A stretch of DNA of 64,000 bases from Candidatus Bathyarchaeota archaeon (GTDB lineage Archaea; Thermoproteota; Bathyarchaeia; Bathyarchaeales; Bathycorpusculaceae): assembly GCA_963775685.1 (NCBI GenBank), contig CAVZJV010000014.1:640001-704000 (forward strand), read 5' to 3'. The notes below the pieces were generated by a model. It did no database searches and was not told the DNA's origin. It saw only the letters and a program-made list of their open reading frames with translations. Within the stretch, counting starts at the first letter, position 1; the number at the start of each line of letters is the position of its first letter. Positions 34,759-45,188 of this stretch are shown piece by piece. The position numbers and the translations under genes were made by a program.

Positions 34759-35220
34759 ATGACCACTAAGAATGTTGACTCGGATTCTAGCACTTTGGTA
34801 CACCAGCGTCTTCATGGTAGGCGGACGACTATGTCGCTTAGAATTTTTCCTGAGGTTAAGGAGGCTTTTACGCGGCGGACTAGGCAGTTGGGGCTTAGTA
34901 CGTGTCATGCTGCTGAGAGGTTGTTTACGGGTTGGTTGTATGGTGTTGAGGAGAAGGTTGAGTGGGTACACCAGATCCCAAAAATTGACCTTACGTTGGT
35001 GCGGGATGTTAAGCGTGTACGTCGGTACTACACAGAGGTTGTTGAAGAGAAAGTCGCTCAAGAATGTACTTTTAAGCGTGGCAAGCTGCCAGCTGTTGCA
35101 AAAGCCTTCTACAAGATTAAAAACCAAGAACATTTTGTCTGTTGCAAGCATCTTGAGTGTATTAAATCAAGGCCTGCATGGGTTTTGTTTAAAGCTAAAA
35201 ATGGGTTAGGGGTGGAATGA
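34759..35220 (+). CDS. Hypothetical protein, possible ribbon-helix-helix plus Zn-binding tail
   Basis: TTMSLRIFPEVKEAF...QLGLSTCH pattern; G/T-rich codon usage. Confidence 0.5.
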   Translation: MTTKNVDSDSSTLVHQRLHGRRTTMSLRIFPEVKEAFTRRTRQLGLSTCHAAERLFTGWLYGVEEKVEWVHQIPKIDLTLVRDVKRVRRYYTEVVEEKVAQECTFKRGKLPAVAKAFYKIKNQEHFVCCKHLECIKSRPAWVLFKAKNGLGVE

Positions 35221-35604
35221 TTGGTTTCGGGTCAGCGTAGGGCAAACTCATTAAAGGGTAATAAAAAGTTGGAAATTGTGGTGAGGATGCAGAAAATGTT
35301 GGACCGATTAGGCATTCCTTTAATGATTTCTTGGAATCCGAATCCTAACATGGCGGTTCATGGAGAAATCAAGGGGTACAGCCTTTGTGTTTATAATAAG
35401 GAGCTGGATGAAGCGTGGGCAACTTTTATGCATGAAGTTGTAGAGTTCAAGCTTAAGCGAGTTACCAGAGTCTATCGAACTCTAATTAACAATCTAATTG
35501 ATGGCTACGAAAAGCTTGCTTACCAAGAAAAGGAAGAGTTTGTAGAGGGTATACCTAAATTAATAGAAGCCCAAAAGCCCAAGCTAGATGAAAGCTCTAG
35601 ATAG
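35221..35604 (+). CDS. Hypothetical protein
   Basis: 127-aa ORF with TFMHEVVE (degenerate HExxH-like). Confidence 0.55.
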   Translation: MVSGQRRANSLKGNKKLEIVVRMQKMLDRLGIPLMISWNPNPNMAVHGEIKGYSLCVYNKELDEAWATFMHEVVEFKLKRVTRVYRTLINNLIDGYEKLAYQEKEEFVEGIPKLIEAQKPKLDESSR

Positions 35605-35659
35605 TCAAGAACGCGAGCTGTAATCAAATGCTCAAAAAAAGAAAGAGAGATCGATTTTT

Positions 35660-36085
35660 CTATAAGAATGGAAGCCCTAGACCAATTACAGCGATGCCTA
35701 TCAATGCTAATACAAAGATTATCACTACAAATACAATTACTGCCACTATAGCTATTGCAAACGCCATCAGCCAGCCACAGTCAAAGAAATGCTTAATCAA
35801 TGCAAGCCAGACAATGAACATTATTAAGGATGCGATTAAGCCGCCTATGAGGGCTCCAACGATTGCTCCAATGACGACTCCAAGAACCACGATCCAGATA
35901 GCGTCGGTAAACTTTGCTTTTTGTTTGCCTACGAGTGCTCGTCCAACAAGCCAAAGTATTGGTGCGACAAAAATTATGCTTACGACTATACTTATCAAAA
36001 GTCCAACAAAATCCATAGAAATCATTCCACCACTATGTTTTATGGAAGCTTCACCTAATAAGACTTCGCAATAGACGGCAGACAT
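35660..36085 (-). CDS. Small four-TM membrane protein
   Basis: Four hydrophobic segments, KHFFDCGW loop; likely start near 36026. Confidence 0.75.
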   Translation of the reverse strand: MSAVYCEVLLGEASIKHSGGMISMDFVGLLISIVVSIIFVAPILWLVGRALVGKQKAKFTDAIWIVVLGVVIGAIVGALIGGLIASLIMFIVWLALIKHFFDCGWLMAFAIAIVAVIVFVVIIFVLALIGIAVIGLGLPFL

Positions 36086-36170
36086 TAATCACATTACAGA
36101 ATGCTTGTTTCTCCGATTATGCGATGACTAAACCGCCCAAAATGTTGTTTCTCAGACGTTAACATGCGAG

Positions 36171-38235
36171 ACGGAAGGGGGGGAGAGGGGGGAGGGGGGG
36201 GGGAGGGGGGGACCGTAGCGCAGATCAGGTACGCGATCTCCTGGGTCGAGTATGGATACGAAAACAAGATCGGACATGGCGCTCAAATCATCATTGTGGT
36301 TACCACTGTTAAGCTGTTATAGCCTTATGATTACAAACTCGTTTGAGGTGCCGCTGGCGAAGGATCGGTATCACCTTGAAATAGTTACCAGCTGCTGCAC
36401 TATCATGGATATGGGTAATGAAGCCTAGATAATCTTGTACATGTCATCGAAGGAAAAGTCCTAGCGGGTTCTGAACTCTGTGAAAACTCTGGTAAACAGA
36501 GCCTCTTGTCATCACTGCCAGTCAAGAGCTCTATATCATAGTCATGCAGCTAAGTACAGTCAGGTGCATAGCATGAGGAGCTTTGTTTCTTGTTCTTTAT
36601 AATCGCCGTACAGTGTGTGGCTACTTTTGTAAGTCGGGGTCGTGTCATATTCGGATTCAATGACTAAATTAGCTTGTCATCTGCTCCACCTCCCAAACAG
36701 CCAACGGAATGCCGCTCGTCGTATCCTAAATCGTCTATAACATCATCGCTTAGAAGCACTCATGAGTCCTCAAGATCATCGACTCCTTCTCGTATAAATA
36801 TGCTGCTGACAGTCCATGCACAACCTCGAATTGACTCGGTGTTAAATCAACAAACAAAACTGGTGCAAGTTAGAAATCTGTACTCTGACAGAGAATTCTC
36901 GGCGATTATTCTTGACCTTGGATTGAACAGATTTCTGAACGATATTAAGCAGTTCTTTGGGTTCTTCCAAGTCTCCAACTCAAATTCGATTGTCTATTAG
37001 CTCACCTTATGACAACAAATGGCAATGGGAATCTTAACGTTCTGTTCTCTCTCTAATCTCTCATACAATACGGGGTGCATTTCATATTCTCAAATAGTTT
37101 TTGTCCTGCTTAAGCAGGTCATCAAAATCAATTTTGCCTTTCATCGACTGCAACTGATAAATGATATTTTGCGGGGATCCAGTATTGCTAAATAAATTGA
37201 CTCTTGGAAAAGGACAATGGCTTTCGATATACCCAAGATCACGTCGTCGCTCTCCTTTGGAAACGAACGCCAGATACATGATACAACAAATGGAATCCAT
37301 CGTTTCTTAATAATTTTTGAATAGCTTCGTCAGTAATATCTTCTAGTTGTAGAGTGTAACTTCCTGGAATCATTGGACAAGCGGGTTTCCTTTCTCGGTT
37401 TATCAGCGCTTAAAAGCACGTGCCCGCGAACATCTGGAACGATACAGAAACCACTCTGCGCTGACTTCGCATCAACTGGGCTTCAAAGTCTGCTGTTATT
37501 CCCCATCTGGCGGTAGGATTCATAAGGGTGAATGCTTATTGTATTAATTATGAGCTCTGAAAAGCCTTTCTTCTGAATTTTCCTCACTCACTTTATCACC
37601 TCCTCCGTAATTTAATTTGGAACTTTGCTGGAAAGATCCACTGTTGTTATGACTGTGCTTGAGCATCAAAATAATGGAGGGTCCGATAGTAGAATCGTGA
37701 CACTTATTTTATAAGAAATCTTAGAAAAATAGGCGTTCTTGAAGACTCGAGTTTCTTGCTCTACTCTTGAAAATGGACCGGATCACGGAGAACTTCTGAC
37801 TTTCGAGTTAAGATTCATCGAAGGAAATGACAATGTTGCAGTCATAATCATTGTTCCTCCACAAAAGGCTCAAGATATTTTATTGCGTACAGCAATAAAA
37901 GAGTACTATATTGAATGCTATGCTAAATATTCATAATTGGGAGCCTCTAAAAGACTTTGCAGGTGCATCCCACTTTTTCTCGAAAATAAAATTGCAAGGC
38001 AGATTATTCTTTTTTTCTCCCTTTCGTATAGATCGCCGTCAGATGAGTTATCATTGATCACATCTAATTTTATTTAGAAATTGGTAACGCGTGATCTATA
38101 AGATGTTTAGGGTATAAGACTCAACTTTTGAGGCTATGAAAAGCAGTTGTTACAGTGTTGGAGCTGGTGAATAAGGAGGAGAAGGAAGGAAGGAAAAAGG
38201 AAGTGGAGGAGAAGGGGAAAGGAAAAAAAGGGGAA
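36171..38235. other. ORF-poor segment bounded by a G-run (36171-36210) and a GA-rich run (38165-38235); decayed gene or low-quality sequence
   Basis: No long ORF; GGAGGTGA-like site on the minus strand near 37600 followed by broken frames. Confidence 0.5.
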
Positions 38236-38256
38236 ATCAGAGTTACTCAGACTGCA
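38236..38256 (+). repeat. Candidate attR direct repeat
   Basis: ATCAGAGTTACTCAGACTGCA matches 6087-6107. Confidence 0.5.
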
Positions 38257-38676
38257 TGGCCAACCTTAAACCTGTGCCAGCCCAATATATTTTCAATCGA
38301 GAGTAAGCAAAACTTCGAAAATATAGCATGGAAAGTTTACGCGGACCTATTAAAGTACCCTTCAGTCAAAAGGCCAGACCATAATTGCTGGAAACCGAAG
38401 AAGAGAATATAGACCACGTAATAACATTGACATAAAAACTATTGCATCGTTATTAATTAAAATAAACGGTAAAAAATCTGAAACTGCCCCTTTCGGAAAT
38501 GCAGATTGAAAAGTCAAATGTCCCAAAAGATCATAAATTAAAGTCTGGCGTGATGGGCGCAGCCACTTTTTGGTTTCTGCTTAGTTGCTTGTTGTAGTGG
38601 CGAGACTACAGCATGCCCTTATATCTTCAATATTCACTCTCAATATATAGTTAAACATTGTGTTTTTGATAAGTTT

Positions 38677-39027
38677 ATGGAGTTGAAAAAAATTTTTAAC
38701 AGAAAAATCTTCCATGGCGCCATTCTCGAAAGCACCCTTCTAAACCTTATAAACGAAAATAACGATCGCGGTCTACACGGTTATGCTATCTTGAAGGAGG
38801 TGGAAAAGAAGTTTGGCATATGGTTAGGTCCTTCTTCAATTTACCCTGAGCTTGGACGTTTAGAAAAACGGGGACTTATAGCATCAAGCTGGGAGTTCGC
38901 CTTGGGCAAAGCCCGCAAGCAATACCGAATTACACGAAAGGGGCAAGGTCTGCTAAAAGAATATTCTATTGATTTAAAAGCCATTATTCCAGTTTTAGTT
39001 ACCTGCAAAGCAAAAAATGATTTGTAA
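38677..39027 (+). CDS. PadR family transcriptional regulator
   Basis: LHGYAIL, GPSSIYPELGRLEKRGLI, RKQYRITRKG. Confidence 0.92.
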   Translation: MELKKIFNRKIFHGAILESTLLNLINENNDRGLHGYAILKEVEKKFGIWLGPSSIYPELGRLEKRGLIASSWEFALGKARKQYRITRKGQGLLKEYSIDLKAIIPVLVTCKAKNDL

Positions 39028-39211
39028 AATAGACAAATGATTTCTAAAGAAAAACGGACAGATGACAAGTGCAATCTTGTCCATTGGAGTCAATAGTAAT
39101 TCCATCGCCCTTAGTAGAGCAATTTGGATACAAAATCCTCAAAGTTTTTAAAATATTAACTAAACTTTAATAAAAAATGGTCTCATGATTTATTTAGCAA
39201 CTTATAATAAT

Positions 39212-39580
39212 TTATGCTCTCATCTTTTTAAGCATACACTGTAATATTTCTCCGCAAAACATGCATTCTTCAGGGAATTGTTCTCTCTTCTCTTTATCGC
39301 TTAAGTATCCAAGGTAATGCTTGGAAAAGATTGCTTTATCTTGGTTTTTCCCGGGTGCTTCCTGAGTGGGTACAACCTCGGCGGAAGTTGCTTCCGGCGG
39401 ACCTTCTTTTTTGTTTTCGTAAACAGTTATTTCTGTTAGACAATGTGGGCATGCATTATAGGTTTCTTTTGAACTTTGCTGAATATTTAGTGTAGATAGG
39501 GGCATAGCTAAAATTTTAGCGCATACCTTGTTGGGGCAGGTAATTTTTTTCTCTTCAATTTTTAGCAACCAATACATCAC
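39212..39580 (-). CDS. Cys-rich hypothetical protein
   Basis: CPNKVC, ACPHCLTEI, HYLGYL, PEECMFC...C. Confidence 0.65.
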   Translation of the reverse strand: MMYWLLKIEEKKITCPNKVCAKILAMPLSTLNIQQSSKETYNACPHCLTEITVYENKKEGPPEATSAEVVPTQEAPGKNQDKAIFSKHYLGYLSDKEKREQFPEECMFCGEILQCMLKKMRA

Positions 39581-39804
39581 CCTCTTTATTAGAGCTCAAG
39601 TATCTACTAGTCAATACATGTATCACGCATATTAATATTCACTATATTTTACCTCAGAAATCTAATCACCTCATTTGATTACCAGCCGTTGCCCCGAAAA
39701 AACGTGAACTAAAGACAACTGTAACCGTTCCAAGTATTGAATGCTGATCTTTGCAAATTTTTTTAAGTAACCTCATTTACAGATAATTGAGAAGGAGAAG
39801 GCAA

Positions 39805-39972
39805 ATGGAAGAGGACTTTCTGTATAGCGTACGTAAGCTTAATTGCTCTCATCAAGAAGAGTTGTATACTCAGAGGAACTTTGACATTTTAAATGGCTTA
39901 GAATTCAAGTTGAAACGTTGTCTAAGTTGCCACAAAATTGTGGAGTTAGAGGCAAAAAAACTCTCTGAGTAA
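39805..39972 (+). CDS. Small Zn-binding hypothetical protein
   Basis: GGAG RBS; CSH...RCLSCHK. Confidence 0.55.
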   Translation: MEEDFLYSVRKLNCSHQEELYTQRNFDILNGLEFKLKRCLSCHKIVELEAKKLSE

Positions 39973-39978
39973 AAGTTC

Positions 39979-40386
39979 CTATTTATCCTTTATGTATAAG
40001 TAGAGTTGTCCTTGTTTTAAGAGGTCTAACGTGTTCTGAGTTTCTATAGATGTCAATTTGCAAGTTTTGGGGTCTTTTAAGAATAGAAGTTTTTCAGGTG
40101 CATTTTGGATTATGTGCAGGTCTTCCCATGTTACCTTGAGATCCTCAGAAGGTATGTGGGTGTCCACATCCATTGCCCACGCTCCTGCGTCCAATTCGTC
40201 ACCTTCCCCCAAAGTTGTGAATGGACCAAGCAGACTTTTATCGTCTAAGTTATAGAGGAAAATTATGGAGCCCACTTTAATGTCTTCTGTAGGCTTTGTT
40301 TTTTCGTCCACGCAAGTGTAGCGTTTGTTGCTTAAACATTGTTGCTGGGACTGTTTTGTACAGAAAAATACGTATCCGTCGTACAT
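39979..40386 (-). CDS. DCD (development and cell death)-like, PUA/EVE-fold protein
   Basis: GYVFFC...QCL...IKVGSIIFLYN...LLGPF...DAGAW resembles the DCD pattern. Confidence 0.55.
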   Translation of the reverse strand: MYDGYVFFCTKQSQQQCLSNKRYTCVDEKTKPTEDIKVGSIIFLYNLDDKSLLGPFTTLGEGDELDAGAWAMDVDTHIPSEDLKVTWEDLHIIQNAPEKLLFLKDPKTCKLTSIETQNTLDLLKQGQLYLYIKDK

Positions 40387-40912
40387 AACCGATAAAACCT
40401 TCGTGTATAATTGGAAGCGTGTCGGCGTTTATTTCCTTTTCTTTTTTGTTTCCGCTATGAAAATGGATGTTGGTTCTACCATTACCATCGCTTGCTCCTA
40501 CACCTCTCTTTATCCCAACACCTATTCACCACACAAAAAAGAATGACAACACCAGAATCCCTAGCTTAACTTACCCAGGTATGCCAATAAACCGCCAATT
40601 CAATAACTCAACCAATAAAACGCACCAGCTCCTCAACTAACGTCAACTCTCACTTCAAATCTCATCCCAAAGCCCTCCTCGCCCTCACAAAAAAAATTTA
40701 GCTGACCCAAACACAATATCTATGAATCTTACACTTCAAAAGCACCAAAAGCCACAAACATAGACTCGTATTCGTTTCAAGACAACTATCATCAGAAGAG
40801 ACAAGGGTCAAACGACGCATTGTATTATTGTGACCTGCAAAGAGTCTAAAGAACTACGCAGGAAACTAGAAAATTTTATTAAACCTTACCTTACTGTTGC
40901 TAACTCTTATAG

Positions 40913-42337
40913 GTGGAATGCGCTTTCAAGACTGTTTCAGTAGCTAAATTCGGCGGCAGCCTCCTTGATGTGGAAGGTAAAGGTATCCCCAAAATTGTTG
41001 AGCAGATAAAGCAAATCAGAAAAAAAGACGGGTGTGGACCAATTGCTGTGTTCTCTGCGCCGATTGGCTGCACTGACGCAATTATAAAGATAGGCGAATC
41101 TTACGCGCAGGCGTGCCATTTGCCTTTGGAGCCAGTTTTTGAAGTATATGAGAAAATAGCAAAACTCTACCTTAAGGATAAATATCTAAAGGATGCCCAG
41201 GACGAATTAGCTAACTATAAAGTGTTAACTCAAACTACCCTTGACACCATCAACAAGCGTTTCAGCGGCAACATCAAAGCCCGAGCTCTCACTTTGGGCG
41301 GCGAACTCGCCATGTCAGTCTTAATGGATTATATCTTGAGAAGCAACAGCTTAGAATCCTTTTGTTTATCCATGGAAGACTGGCCTATATTAACTGATGA
41401 CAACTTTGAAGACGCACTACCAAATTATGAGTTAAGCAAAAGAAGACTCCACAGCCTGATTGGACCCCTCGAAGAAGGTAAGGTCATATCTCTAGCTGGG
41501 TTCCTAGGGGTTACCGTAGACGGCCTTGAAACCATCCTTGGGAGAGGAGGCTCAGACTTAACAGCAGTTTTCACATCATGCCTCCTAAAAGATGTTTACT
41601 CAGCAAAAACTCTCCTCTATAAAGACGTGCCCATCCAAAGCGCTGACCCCAAAGTCGTCCGCGGACAAAAAACAGAACACGTCAACGCCCTAACCTATAA
41701 CGAAGCACACAAAGCATCCATGATGGGTATGAAAATTGTACAAAGTCCTGCAATCGCAATGGCAAGACGTTTTGGTCAGCCTTTGATGGTTGTACCAATT
41801 GATGAGCCCAAGATGTTTTCATTAATCGAGGCTGAAACAACAGGAGGAGAAGTCGTCAAGTGTCTGACCGGAAAATCAGGCTGTGCAATCCTCTCCATGA
41901 ATGATGAAAAAAGCCGCTCGCTTGAGGATTCTCTAAGGATTTGGGAACGCAGAAACGACTTTATAGACTTGGGTGCGGAAACCATGGAGACGGGTGAACG
42001 CATAAGAGACTTCCTTTTTTTAGATTCGGATTTCCTCAAGAAAAACGATGAGAAACTCAAGGGTTTTGACGAGAACATGAAAATCGATTACGGCTTAGGT
42101 GTGGTTACACTAATCGGTGACCGCATGAAAGATTCACCTGGAGTTGCCTCACTTGCCATCAGCGCCATCTCAGGCATCAACATAAAACGCGGCATCTTCG
42201 CACCCCACACCTCACAAATCATCCTCGTCGTCGAAGAAGAGAACGTACACGCCACCGTCGCAGCCATCCACCAAAAGAAACAAGAACTAAACAAGAAACC
42301 GCCAAACTGGCCAATGGGATTTCAATCATCAACCTGA
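40913..42337 (+). CDS. Aspartate kinase family protein
   Basis: VAKFGGS, LGRGGSDLTA, SADPKVV, LTYNEA, C-terminal ACT (LIGDRMKDSPGVA). Confidence 0.88.
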   Translation: MECAFKTVSVAKFGGSLLDVEGKGIPKIVEQIKQIRKKDGCGPIAVFSAPIGCTDAIIKIGESYAQACHLPLEPVFEVYEKIAKLYLKDKYLKDAQDELANYKVLTQTTLDTINKRFSGNIKARALTLGGELAMSVLMDYILRSNSLESFCLSMEDWPILTDDNFEDALPNYELSKRRLHSLIGPLEEGKVISLAGFLGVTVDGLETILGRGGSDLTAVFTSCLLKDVYSAKTLLYKDVPIQSADPKVVRGQKTEHVNALTYNEAHKASMMGMKIVQSPAIAMARRFGQPLMVVPIDEPKMFSLIEAETTGGEVVKCLTGKSGCAILSMNDEKSRSLEDSLRIWERRNDFIDLGAETMETGERIRDFLFLDSDFLKKNDEKLKGFDENMKIDYGLGVVTLIGDRMKDSPGVASLAISAISGINIKRGIFAPHTSQIILVVEEENVHATVAAIHQKKQELNKKPPNWPMGFQSST

Positions 42338-42658
42338 AATCTCTTCTTCTTAGCCCTGACATTATTTTTTAATTTCAAGAAAAATTCTAAGCGTAAAGTA
42401 GTTTCTTGACCGCGTTGCCGTTGACGTCATTGTTGAAGTAGCAAAACACTCGACGGGGTTTGTAGCTGTGCAAATCCTGGGGCGAGAGATTTGATTTCTC
42501 AAACTCCTCGGCTGTAGAGAAGCATCAAGAAAGTGGGTTCTCAAAAGTAATCTCTGTAGTTTGTGGAAAGGGCTACAGCGGACACTTTCAATGGCCCCTC
42601 CCTTCTGTGTAGTGTCGTATGAACACCCACCTTTTAAGTATTATTTATAATATGGGGG

Positions 42659-42901
42659 GTGCGTGACCCAAATATGACTCAGACGGAAACCCTAACTGGA
42701 ACCGACCAGTTTGTAAGCTTAACCCTCCACAACTTCTCCGCTGAAATGCTAAAAGACTTTGCCCAAAAAATCGTCAAACCACATTTTAGAGGCAACCTAA
42801 ACCAAGCTCTTCGTGCCCTAATGGAAAACGCGATAAACGAAGAAACAACATTCAACAATACTCTAATAGTAGAATCTGAAAAAGCCAAAAGCGAGATTTA
42901 A
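42659..42901 (+). CDS. Small hypothetical protein, possibly ribbon-helix-helix
   Basis: 80-aa ORF, GNLNQALRALMENAI. Confidence 0.55.
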   Translation: MRDPNMTQTETLTGTDQFVSLTLHNFSAEMLKDFAQKIVKPHFRGNLNQALRALMENAINEETTFNNTLIVESEKAKSEI

Positions 42902-42926
42902 ACCTCATGCACTGTTATTTCTTAAT

Positions 42927-43409
42927 CTAATTATAATTCCTGTTTTTACGACGCATGAAAACAACTATCAGTATAGTTCCTATAACAGTGATAATTATAG
43001 GAATTAACAAATAGATAAGAGATGGCTCTGCTGAGGTGCCGCTGTTTGAAATATCAGGGTTTGTCTCAAAAGAGAAAGCCACTTGCACCGGGTTAGAGCC
43101 CAACTGGTCATTCTCGAAGTTCAAAGTATAGTTTCCTTCTTGTTGGGCTACGAAGTTAAATGTGGCAGATTTATCGATAAGGCCGAGATTGATGATTTGG
43201 GCGCCGTTTGGTGCGTTAATCCAGAAGCGGAGTGTCCCCGATGTTGAGATGGAACCATTGAATGTTGTTCCTTCGGGCAACATGATGGGCAATCGAGATG
43301 TTGAGGTAACTGTAAAAGTTGGGATAGTAGATGCAGAAGCACAATGAGCAATAAGAGACAATGTCAGTAGGGCAATCAACAATGAAACTGACCGAAATTT
43401 GGTTTTCAT
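42927..43409 (-). CDS. Secreted single-TM protein with emp24/p24 GOLD-like domain
   Basis: Signal peptide, FWINAPNG...FNFVAQQEGNYTLNFEN, C-terminal TM + basic tail. Confidence 0.65.
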   Translation of the reverse strand: MKTKFRSVSLLIALLTLSLIAHCASASTIPTFTVTSTSRLPIMLPEGTTFNGSISTSGTLRFWINAPNGAQIINLGLIDKSATFNFVAQQEGNYTLNFENDQLGSNPVQVAFSFETNPDISNSGTSAEPSLIYLLIPIIITVIGTILIVVFMRRKNRNYN

Positions 43410-43626
43410 GTTTTCACTTGAGACGTTAAGGTAAGTTTTAAAGGTCCTATTAACGTTCACGCATTAAAAACCGAAAAAACAACTTGAATAAAGCAGAAAA
43501 TACTAAAAACCCAACCTGAATTAGTTGAATTTAGACAGCACAGTTGACAGGGTTAAAAATAGCTCAAAAGACTAAAAAAGTTGGTTCAGCTTCGTTGAAT
43601 TTGACCAGTTCTTGTCGTTTAGTGAC

Positions 43627-44475
43627 CTAGCGAACGAGAAGAACTGAACGTTGAGCATGCATACAGACGTCAGCACTTACACTTCCAATCAAGAATCGTT
43701 TGATACTGCTTAAGCCGCGGCTTCCAAGCACAATAAGATCATAATCGTCTATTTTTGCAACCTTCAGTATCATGCTTGCTGGATTGCCGTATTCCAAGCG
43801 TCTATCACACGTTACCCCCTCAACGTTTGTCGTAGCTTTATCCAGTATTTGCTCTCCAACCGCCCTGGTAAGAGCGGGCTCTAATCGGTGTAATTCCCCG
43901 TTTTCAACGTTAAGAATCGTCATGCGGATGCAATTGAAATGTTTACACAAATCAACAGCGTAATTGAGAGCTTTGATGGCTTGCTCGGAGCTGTCAAATG
44001 CCACGAGCAACTTGCCTAGTTCAGTTTTTCGCTTTGTAATCAAGACGGGGCATGGAGCATGCAATGAAATTTTTTCAGCGACACTGCCAAGAGAATAATG
44101 GTACGCTTGCTTTTCCGAAATATTTCCCATTATCAATAAGTCACAGTTTAACTCCTTGACTTTTTGTAGGATTCTGTCAGCTGGGTCTTCAGCTCTTTCA
44201 AGAAGAACCTCTACGTTAACATTTTCCTCATGGAAGTATTCTTCAGCTGTCCTCAGGATTTTTTCTCCTACATTCTGGTAGGTTTTGTCAAGTTCCTGTA
44301 GAATTAGCGGTGGCAATTCATAGCTGGCTTTCAATTCTGGATGCATGAAATCATGGGAAATAACATGCATCGCGATGACTTTTGAACCGAATTTTTTGGC
44401 AATTGTTGCGGTGAGTTCCCTTGCTCTCAAACATGAATGAGAACCGTCTAAGGGTAAAAGAATTCTTTCAAACAT
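43627..44475 (-). CDS. Tandem-domain universal stress protein
   Basis: ILLPLDGS, LGSVAEKI, DLIVLGSRG...IGSVS. Confidence 0.93.
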   Translation of the reverse strand: MFERILLPLDGSHSCLRARELTATIAKKFGSKVIAMHVISHDFMHPELKASYELPPLILQELDKTYQNVGEKILRTAEEYFHEENVNVEVLLERAEDPADRILQKVKELNCDLLIMGNISEKQAYHYSLGSVAEKISLHAPCPVLITKRKTELGKLLVAFDSSEQAIKALNYAVDLCKHFNCIRMTILNVENGELHRLEPALTRAVGEQILDKATTNVEGVTCDRRLEYGNPASMILKVAKIDDYDLIVLGSRGLSSIKRFLIGSVSADVCMHAQRSVLLVR

Positions 44476-45188
44476 TAGGGTCCCTGGAATATACTGGTAG
44501 CTTTAAGTATTTCAATTTTGGCGTACGCTAAATCAGCTGCAAATCAACCGTTAGCCAAATTCTTTGCTTGCTTGAAAACAACAGCGAACATCTGAGAATG
44601 AAACTAGAAATTTGTGAAAGTACAATTTTTGGTTTTGTAGTTGGCGGGTTTGAACCCAAGCGTTTGCGATGTAAAAACCCTTTATTTCGTTAAATCAATC
44701 GAGCAGTACAATAGTCTTATTCAGCCAACAAGGACCTCAAGCCAATGTTTTATCAACGCGTTGTTGATTGCGAAGAAAATGACAAAGTACTTGATAGCAT
44801 CTTTCAGATAGATAGTATGTAAGGTTTCTTGTATAGCAAAGAAAAGTTTCTACTGCGAAAGAATTGCCGAGGTTGTTTTAGGCTGGTTCTTTTACCGGGA
44901 TTTTCAGTATGTTTTGGTTGCGTCGCTACTGTCGCCACTCATTGGAAAACCGTGAACATATTTTTTCCGCGGCGAAAAAAGCAGGAGTCATAATAGGTGC
45001 AATCGAGCAAATTTACCTACCATACAATTTAAATATTGACATACATCGATGAAGTGCTAAACGAGCATGAGAAATCCATAAGCAATCGTTGTTAGGCGCT
45101 TACCTAAGTTTAAAAAATCTTCTGTTCAATAAGACTTATCTTTTAGGTGACCCACAACTTCGATATCATTCAAAAGGTCATGTTACAT

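Larger units (their letters stand above)
6087..38256. mobile_element. Putative integrated element / genomic island (~32 kb)
   Basis: Integrase at the left end; ATCAGAGTTACTCAGAC at 6087-6103 and 38236-38252; accessory cargo and recombinase relics inside. Confidence 0.45.

Noticed and set aside
35628-36074. 148-aa + strand ORF and other long antisense ORFs (1490-2194, 47825-48361, 55859-56491)
   Set aside because: Shadows of well-supported genes on the opposite strand.
39085-39110. Fluoride riboswitch (minus strand GGCGATGGAAT...TGACTCC)
   Set aside because: The P1 partner is absent and no fluoride-related gene lies downstream.
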